DNA of 64,000 nt from an uncultured delta proteobacterium. Lineage in GTDB: Bacteria > Desulfobacterota > Binatia > Binatales > Binataceae. The stretch is taken from positions 2,516,319 through 2,580,318 of the forward strand of contig CAVRUK010000006.1 in assembly GCA_963724395.1 (NCBI GenBank), given 5' to 3'. The translations under genes were made by a program, and so were the position numbers. The notes beneath the pieces are model-generated. The model made no database searches and had not been told where the DNA came from. It saw nothing but the letters and a program-made list of their open reading frames with translations. Below, one piece after another: positions 59,325 through 64,000 of this stretch; positions within the stretch are counted from its first letter, which is position 1, and each line of letters begins with the position of its first letter.

Positions 59325-61016
59325 ATGCCAAAAGGGCGACACTCATCTATGACTTTTGCGAATCGAGCGACAGCTAAACCGCAGACCGTCTTCGGCTCCG
59401 CGAGGAAGGACGAGTCCGCTCTCGTCAAACTCGTCGACCCCGTGCGTTTCGCTGGCTACTACCTGAACCACAAGACTTGGGCTGGCCAACGCGACATGCT
59501 CGACGCCATTGCGCGCTACCCTCAAGTAGCTGTCAAGGCTTGCCACGCATCATCCAAGACTTTCGCCGCCGCCGAAGCGACCCTGTGGTTCCTTACGCGT
59601 CACAAGGAGAGGAGCATTGTTTTGACCACTTCCCCAACCGGCCGTCAGGTGGAGGCCCAGCTATGGGGTGAGATTCGCAAGACGCTGGCCGCAGGGACTC
59701 GCATCAAATATCCGCCGGTTAATATAGCGTCATTCAAGATCAGTGAAGATCGCCGAGCGATGGGGTTCAGCACCTCGCCCCAAAACGCTGGAGTAAATCT
59801 GCAAGGATTCCACGATGCGCACGTGATGGTGATTATTGACGAGGCGACGGGCGTCGAAGGGCCGATCTGGGACGCGATCGAAGGCGCTCGCGCAGGCGGC
59901 GACGTGCGCCAGTTGGTACTTTGCAATCCGATCGTGCCAAGTGGCCCGGTCTATGAAATCTTCACTAGGCAGCGCGCCCAATGGCATACGATTACGATCA
60001 ACGCCTTCGACACGCCCAACTTCAAATGTTCATGCCAGCAGCGGCATGGTGATTTCACGCTCGACATGCTGCGTTCGCTGCCGCCCGGTCTGAGTGAGAA
60101 TGGGCACGCAGCGTTTTCACACAAGCCCTGGCCTGAACTCGTGTCGCGCTACTGGGTCTACGAAATGTTTTGGAAGTACGGCGAGGACTCTGCGTTCTTT
60201 GAATCGCGAGTGCTCGGCCAGTTCCCGACGCAGGCCGAGGACGCGCTGTATTCGCTGGCCAAGCTCGAAGCAGCACGCGCCAGGCCGGGCGAGCAACTCG
60301 ACGACGGGGTCAGTCCAGTCGTCGTCGGCATCGACGTGGCCGGGCCTGGCAAGGACGAGACGGTGGTATCGATTCGTTGTGGCTCGTCGGTCGTCGCCTC
60401 GAAGGCTTGGAACGAACGCGACGCAGCAAAGGCGCAGGGAGCGGTCATCGCGTTTATCGCGCCGTTCAAGCTTCGTGTACAGTGCATCAACTGCGACTCG
60501 ACCGGCATCGGCCACTATTTTCCCGTGGCGCTGGCCGCTGAAGGCTATCGGATCAGGCCGATCAATTTCGGTGCGGAGCCTGAGGGCAAAGGCAAGTCGT
60601 GGCAGGTGCAGTGCGCGAACCGAAAGGCCGAGATGTACTGGTGTACCAAGGAAGTGCTCGACTCAGGCGGCATCCATGGGCTGGACGACGAGATGATTTC
60701 GCAGGCGGCGCAGGTTAGGTATTTCCACGACCTCAAGGGACGCGTGGCCATCGAGTCCAAGGCTAACGCGGCGAAACGCGGGCTAAGCTCACCAGACAGA
60801 TGGGAGTCGATTGTGCTGGCATTCGGAGTAGCAGCCTATCAATCGCTTGCCGAGTCGCTAGCCTTTGCCCGTCGACCAATGCTGCCTGGCACGCAGCAGA
60901 CTGCGCCCTTCTACCCTCGTTACGAGGAACTTGACCGCGAGCGTCGTGAAGATACGGGGCAGCGCTACACCAACCCCAGCCGCTTTTCCTACCTCCGCCG
61001 CTGGGAGTGTTGGTAA
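59325..61016 (+). CDS. phage terminase large subunit
   Basis: ATPase Walker A-like (KACHASSKT), Walker B (VMVIIDEATG), and a C-terminal RNase-H-like nuclease domain (VVGIDVAGPGKDETVV). Confidence 0.75.
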   Translation: MPKGRHSSMTFANRATAKPQTVFGSARKDESALVKLVDPVRFAGYYLNHKTWAGQRDMLDAIARYPQVAVKACHASSKTFAAAEATLWFLTRHKERSIVLTTSPTGRQVEAQLWGEIRKTLAAGTRIKYPPVNIASFKISEDRRAMGFSTSPQNAGVNLQGFHDAHVMVIIDEATGVEGPIWDAIEGARAGGDVRQLVLCNPIVPSGPVYEIFTRQRAQWHTITINAFDTPNFKCSCQQRHGDFTLDMLRSLPPGLSENGHAAFSHKPWPELVSRYWVYEMFWKYGEDSAFFESRVLGQFPTQAEDALYSLAKLEAARARPGEQLDDGVSPVVVGIDVAGPGKDETVVSIRCGSSVVASKAWNERDAAKAQGAVIAFIAPFKLRVQCINCDSTGIGHYFPVALAAEGYRIRPINFGAEPEGKGKSWQVQCANRKAEMYWCTKEVLDSGGIHGLDDEMISQAAQVRYFHDLKGRVAIESKANAAKRGLSSPDRWESIVLAFGVAAYQSLAESLAFARRPMLPGTQQTAPFYPRYEELDRERREDTGQRYTNPSRFSYLRRWECW

Positions 61017-61062
61017 AAACACGACGCAACGACTGGATTTTTAAGCGACCACATCGGAGAGA

Positions 61063-62319
61063 CTAACCCTGCAAAGCGAGGGCTCGTCGCCGACGACGAA
61101 CACCTGTGGTCCGCAAAAATCTCCGATACTCAGGCGGCGCGAGCGATGACACCGTATTCGTGGTGAAGTCCTCCCAGGACGGGGCGGGAGAGGATGGAAA
61201 CTCTCCGGTCGAAGTGGTGCCGACGGCGTTGCAGAGGCTGGGGCATGGGACGGGGCTCGGGGACACCCGCCCCAAGGACGAGTGGGGCCTTCCCTGGTTG
61301 TAGTGGGCCATCCACGATGCCAGGACTTTGCTCAAGTGCCCCTCGCTCAGCGGAATGACCCAATCGAGGCACTCCCGTCGCAGGGTTCCGATCAGCCTCT
61401 CGCAGAGAGAATTAGCCTGCGGGCTATGCACCGGCGTGATTATCACCTTAAGTCCAAGGCGCGTCAGCGAAGCGTCCAACTCCGCAGAAAAGATCGCATC
61501 GCGGTCGTGGATGATGAAGCGATGCTCGTGATCTGACGGAATGGTTTCTCGCAATTGCTGGAGAGTCCAAGCGGCAGTCGGATGGGCCGTCGCGTTAAGG
61601 TGAATCAGTCGACGCGAAGCGTGCTCCATCACCACCAACACGTAGAGGACTCGGAAGGTCGCGGTCACTGCGATGCAGAAATCGCAGGCGATGATCCCCT
61701 GAGCGTGATTCTTTAGAAAAGTTGCCCATCGCTGGTCGCCCCGAGGTATACCCGTCGCCGGCGGAGACCTCGGCATGTACTTCCGGATTGTGCGCGGCGA
61801 CACGCGCAGACCGAGCTTTAGCAATAGCTCGTTTGCGATTCGCTCCTCGCCCCACGAGGGGTTCTCGCGCGCCATTCTCCGAATCAAGCGTTGTAGTTCG
61901 ACGGGGATCGGTCGCCGGCCAGCTTCGGACTTCCAGCGCCAGAAGAGGCGGAAGCCCTTGCGGTGCCAGGCGATGAAGGTCCTCGGCCTCACGACGGTCA
62001 GGGCGTCCCGCCAATTGAACAAGCGGCTGAGCAGCGCCAACGTCACGCGGGTCGGATTGTCGGCTCGGCGAGGCTTGACCTTGCGCTCTTGATAGAATGC
62101 GAGTTGCTTACGCAGGAACAGATTCTCGGCCGCGAGTGAAGTTCTGGAGCGCAAGCCGAGACACAGAAAGTGGACCAGATCACCCAGGATCCCCAACCAA
62201 CTCAGCCCTGCGCGCATAAATGCAATAAGCCCCTCTATCGTCGACGATGGCTCCTTAAAATCGCTAAGAGCTGCGCGGGTTTCAAGCCAGGATCGAATAT
62301 TTTTGCGGACCACAGTCAC
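61063..62319 (-). CDS. IS481-family DDE transposase (helix-turn-helix plus rve integrase core)
   Basis: rve-domain motifs (W..D.T, HDRD..F, YNQGRPHSSL). The GTG start lies inside the left inverted repeat. Confidence 0.8.
   Translation of the reverse strand: MTVVRKNIRSWLETRAALSDFKEPSSTIEGLIAFMRAGLSWLGILGDLVHFLCLGLRSRTSLAAENLFLRKQLAFYQERKVKPRRADNPTRVTLALLSRLFNWRDALTVVRPRTFIAWHRKGFRLFWRWKSEAGRRPIPVELQRLIRRMARENPSWGEERIANELLLKLGLRVSPRTIRKYMPRSPPATGIPRGDQRWATFLKNHAQGIIACDFCIAVTATFRVLYVLVVMEHASRRLIHLNATAHPTAAWTLQQLRETIPSDHEHRFIIHDRDAIFSAELDASLTRLGLKVIITPVHSPQANSLCERLIGTLRRECLDWVIPLSEGHLSKVLASWMAHYNQGRPHSSLGRVSPSPVPCPSLCNAVGTTSTGEFPSSPAPSWEDFTTNTVSSLAPPEYRRFLRTTGVRRRRRALALQG
61105..62314. mobile_element. 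IS481-family insertion sequence (about 1.21 kb) with 16 bp perfect terminal inverted repeats TGTGGTCCGCAAAAAT
   Basis: Inverted repeats at 61105-61120 and 62299-62314. They enclose a helix-turn-helix plus rve (DDE integrase core) transposase ORF. Ends begin with TGT as in the IS481 family. Confidence 0.75.
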
Positions 62320-62857
62320 CGCATAGCAGACGATGCCGACCCAGCAGCCACAGATCGCCAGGCCGGCTCACGGCTGGCTGCGTGCGATCGACATCGCAGC
62401 TCTCGTCGGCCTCATCGCCGCCGCCCGCAACGTCGGGCGCATCCATGAGAAGATCGATTTCCGCGGTCTCAAAGCCCGTGATGGTCAGGTCGAAGTCTAT
62501 GTCGAGCTCCGCGATGTAGTTAAGCTCGATCGCCAGCAGCTCGTTGTCCCAGCCGGCGTTCTCGGCGAGCTTGTTGTCGGCCAAGATGTACGCGTGCTTT
62601 TGCGCCTCAGTCATGTCGGCCAGCCGGATCGTTGGCACCGTGTCGATGCCGAGCAGTTTCGCGCCTTCGATCCGACCATGGCCGGCGATCACGCCACCGT
62701 CGGCGTCGATCAAAATCGGGTTGACGAATCCGAACGTCCGGATGCTGTCAGCGATTTGCTGGACCTGTTTCGGTGAATGCGTGCGCGGGTTTCCCGCATG
62801 CGGTTTCAGTGACGCGAGTGGCATTAAATCCACCCGCAGGTTGCGTAAGTATTCCAC
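62320..62857 (-). pseudogene. second ParB-domain/methyltransferase gene, truncated by the IS481 insertion
   Basis: The ParB N-domain is followed by the start of a methyltransferase domain (GDLWLLGRHRLLCGDC). The reading frame then runs into the IS inverted repeat. The rest of the methyltransferase is absent beyond the IS. Confidence 0.55.
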
Positions 62858-63024
62858 GGTCGGTATGCTCCTTGTAAATGCTTTTCATGTTGACTCTCGA
62901 TTGTCGGCGACCACAAAACTGTGGGAGCCGGCGGGAGCGTTTTCGTCCTCACCTTGACTAGTTGACTAACGTGACAACCAAACGAATCGCAGAAACTACG
63001 CTCTGAGTGGCAGTGTTTTGGACC

Positions 63025-63056
63025 GGAATTCCCACTCGGTGGGAATTCTTTTCATC
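63025..63056 (+). terminator. rho-independent-terminator-like hairpin (10 bp stem) plus TTTT
   Basis: ggaattcccac-tcg-gtgggaattc ttttcat. Confidence 0.4.
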
Positions 63057-63083
63057 CTCGACGAGGGGTCGGGCGCCGACGGG

Positions 63084-63131
63084 TGTGTGGCGAATTGCTG
63101 ATTCTGGGGAAATCAGTAATTCGCCACACAC
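63084..63131. repeat. 48 bp near-perfect palindrome
   Basis: gtgtgtggcgaattgctgattctggggaaatcagtaattcgccacacac. Confidence 0.8.
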
Positions 63132-63466
63132 AGCCAATAGCTGCTGCTTAGACTGACGGGCGCGATCGAGGAGGATCGGCGTCCGACTCGTGCATGTCAT
63201 CGCACCGCGCTCGCCGCGCTCCAAAATCACACACGAAATGGAATTTTGCGCAGGCACACGTTATTTTAGAGGATGGCGGTTCCACCTATCGCGCGGGGAA
63301 TTCCAAATCGAGACCGTCGATATGAACCCCAAGCCCTTCGGAGTCTTGACCGCTCGGGATATCTAACGCGGAAGATCGTGCTCGAGGACATTGATTCTGC
63401 ATTTCTGTTTTGCATGGGAGCGCCGAAAGTTGTGACAATTCAGATAAATCGTTAGGCGACGGAGCT

Positions 63467-64000
63467 ATGGCGAGCTTCGTTGACCACCATAGTCGCGCAG
63501 TCGGCACAGCCGGCTGGCTCGCCCGGCTGGAAGGGTTACTGCAACAGGAACTTGCTCCGAGCCCGCGAAGATTAGGGACCGCTCTGCGCCTAACCACTAT
63601 CGCAACAATCGGCGCAGCCCTGATTGTAAGCTGCCACGTGTACAGCGAACTCGGCACCTATATCGTCTGGCTCCTCGTTGGCGCCGGACCGATGATGTCC
63701 CTGCGCAAAGCAAGCGGAATCCTCGTGGCAGAGGCATTTCTTCTCGCTTCCTCGGTAGTGATGGCGCGGGTATTTGCAGAGACTCCCTGGCTCATGCTGC
63801 CATTTCTGTTCGCATACATGGCGCTTTTCACATTCGTTGCTGTCACACGCGAACTCGGAGCCGTTGCAGTGCTCGGGCAGGTAGTCAGTCTCGATAGCTT
63901 TTACGGCGTTGTCTTTGCGCCGGAGGAAATCGGATGGGCAGCAGCGGGCGCCTTTGGTGGAAGCGCAATCGCTCTAGGAGTGATCGTTCTTTTCGACAAC
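63467..64000 (+). CDS. integral membrane protein (FUSC/aromatic-acid-exporter-like N-terminus), 3' partial
   Basis: Ribosome-binding site GACGGAG before the ATG. Several predicted transmembrane helices. The ORF runs off the end of the window. Confidence 0.45.
   Translation, partial: MASFVDHHSRAVGTAGWLARLEGLLQQELAPSPRRLGTALRLTTIATIGAALIVSCHVYSELGTYIVWLLVGAGPMMSLRKASGILVAEAFLLASSVVMARVFAETPWLMLPFLFAYMALFTFVAVTRELGAVAVLGQVVSLDSFYGVVFAPEEIGWAAAGAFGGSAIALGVIVLFDN

Noticed and set aside
62958-63657. Two minus-strand ORFs (62958..63257 and 63286..63657) from the six-frame track
   Set aside because: The first spans a 48 bp perfect palindrome and a terminator hairpin. The second is overlapped by a convincing plus-strand membrane-protein ORF that has a ribosome-binding site (63467 onward).

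Overview
This is a 64 kb, high-GC (about 65%) bacterial chromosomal segment, gene-dense on both strands and with no rRNA or tRNA genes. The gene content (DUF4340 plus gliding-motility-type ABC transporter subunits, many DegT aminotransferases and glycosyltransferases) suggests an Acidobacteria- or Deltaproteobacteria-like organism; this guess is not needed for any call below.

Core housekeeping genes: DNA polymerase I, folC, a split lptD, acpS, a NUDIX hydrolase, exonuclease III, Hsp20, and an ECF sigma factor with its anti-sigma factor.

Cell-envelope and glycan genes:
- Two DegT-family aminotransferases, one next to a UDP-glucuronate decarboxylase-like short-chain dehydrogenase.
- A neutral-ceramidase-like hydrolase.
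- A UbiA-family decaprenyl-phosphate phosphoribosyltransferase-like prenyltransferase followed by a GT-C-like membrane protein.
- A four-gene minus-strand operon: a diiron oxygenase, then GT4, GT2 and GT4 glycosyltransferases.
- A gliding-motility-type (GldA/GldF/GldG-like) ABC transporter plus DUF4340 operon, and a MacAB-like efflux pair.

Other notable genes:
- A protein-L-isoaspartate O-methyltransferase fused to an erythromycin-esterase-like domain.
- A convergent LigD-polymerase and ATP-dependent ligase pair, with no Ku gene visible in the window.
- A glycogen phosphorylase flanked by roughly 120 bp diverged direct repeats.

Accessory features:
- A family of short palindromic repeats (repetitive extragenic palindrome-like; here 'REP-like') ending in a telomere-like GGTTAGG(G/T)GTTAGGTT tail; three copies lie in one intergenic region and further copies lie elsewhere.
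- A 26 bp-arm inverted repeat in a divergent promoter.
- A low-GC island encoding a secreted beta-helix protein.
- A degraded phage-like module (ParB-methyltransferase fusion, small and large terminase subunits). It contains an IS481-family insertion that truncates a second ParB-methyltransferase gene, a GGTTGACA iteron cluster, strong palindromes, and 34 bp direct repeats that may be attachment sites.

Several genes are interrupted: rhodanese (in-frame TGA), a PIN-domain toxin, lptD, the beta-helix protein, a short-chain dehydrogenase/epimerase pseudogene, and the second ParB-methyltransferase gene. This points to either real gene decay or systematic indel errors in the assembly.
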